Positions 62,849 to 64,000 of a stretch of DNA of 64,000 bases are shown here, one piece after another (within the stretch, counting starts at the first letter, position 1; each line of letters starts with the position of its first letter). This stretch comes from Macrostomum lignano (Eukaryota): NCBI GenBank assembly GCA_002269645.1, contig NIVC01001016.1:62001-126000 (forward strand). The letters run 5' to 3'. The notes beneath the pieces are model-generated. The model was not told the DNA's origin, searched no databases, and was given only the letters and a program-made list of their open reading frames with translations. The translations under genes were made by a program, and so were the position numbers.

Positions 62849-64000
62849 GTCTAGCTCTTTTTGACACATCCTTGATTCTAAAGGGCCATTTATCGCTTCC
62901 TCCCAGCCTCTGACGAGTACAAGTATGTTGTTTTATAGTTTCACCTTTCTTCGTGCACTTCTTATTTTGCCCGAGGGGGGGCTGTGGAAACGAGACTGGC
63001 TTGTCGAGAGGTTAAGCCTAAGTGTCTGTCGATCTGAAGACTCGCGCTAGCGAGATGATACTTAGTGCTGGAGGCGGTACAAAGATTCTAGCTCTATTTT
63101 AGAGAGGAAATTATTATAGAGAGGACATTGCCAGCTAAAAAAAGAGAATGAAAAGGAATATTTTAAATTGGATTTAGACGATGTCTTATCACCGCAGCTG
63201 TTTCTGTCTGCTGTCAAGTAGGTGCCGGATCTCTCCAATGAAGAGATTAAATACTGGATCGATTATGTCCTTTCGATACAGTTAGTGCACTGAGATTATG
63301 TTCAATCGAATCGTCTCAGAATACTAATCGATTTCTAACTCTGCGGGAGGTAATTTGTCTTGGTAAGGACAGTAAGCAAAGAAGATTACACTGCTAATCG
63401 ATGTCTAAGGCCCATTGATTTTCAAGCTGCTCCCATGTGCACGTGTGTCTGCTCAAGGCTAGATATAACATGTAGTACGATTGAGGCTAGACTGATTAGC
63501 ATTTCGGTGTCTCAGAGCAGCCCTTTAATTCAATAATTATAGTCGATTTCCATGTCTGTTGTTTTCAATTTTCTAGTAGGGCTTCGTTTAGCCCTTGAGT
63601 CGTGCTCCAGTGATTTTAAGAGAAGACTTGTATCAGCAATGTTTCAGCAAGTTGCAAAGCTAAAATTTATTCAAGCAGAATCTTGCAATTAATCACTTGA
63701 GAGGCTTAAAAATCCTATTTTGAGTTAAAGGAACCTCCATGGCTGACCAACCAGCCGTGTCTTAGTTGGGCTTCAATTTGCACTTTTGTCCGTTGCTCAG
63801 ACACTTTGTTACTTTTATTTTTAATTTCCTCTTGAATTTTTCGGAGCCTATTATCCATTAGGCCTATACTTTTGCCTAATGCCCGGTTTTATTCGAATAT
63901 GTCTGAAACAGGAAGCTTTTTTAAAGAGATCGAGAATCTGTGGTGAGGGGCTGACTTTAAAGGCCTCTGAAATATTTTGCAGAAGTTTCTCTTGCAGTTT

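Overview
Repeat-rich animal (metazoan) genomic DNA. Spliceosomal introns packed with minisatellites suggest a flatworm such as Macrostomum, but that is inference only. Host genes: a 4-exon DUF229-family gene (+), a 9-exon biotin-protein ligase/holocarboxylase synthetase (-), an intronless ZIP-like transporter (-), a PAN-like + fibrinogen-related-domain gene with an in-frame TGA (-), a 3-exon IRAK1BP1/SIMPL gene (-) and the first two exons of a calmodulin-like gene (+) before an N gap. Mobile DNA: a 5'-truncated RTE-like LINE, tRNA-derived SINEs, a small non-coding LTR element, and a nested structure at 33.7-46.1 kb. The most striking object is a 9,489-bp element (34540-44028) with ~0.93-kb terminal inverted repeats starting ACTACT and a 6-bp target-site duplication (GCCAAT). 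It encodes a protein-primed family-B DNA polymerase whose catalytic motifs A, B and C are each split by a GT-AG intron, a tandem PC4-like putative ssDNA-binding protein with an NLS, and one unknown acidic protein. It has no recognisable integrase, capsid, packaging ATPase or protease. It looks like a minimal, replication-only Polinton/Maverick-type element (a satellite or one genome segment) inserted in a non-autonomous CMC/EnSpm-like transposon. All domain assignments come from motif recognition by eye; no database search was run.
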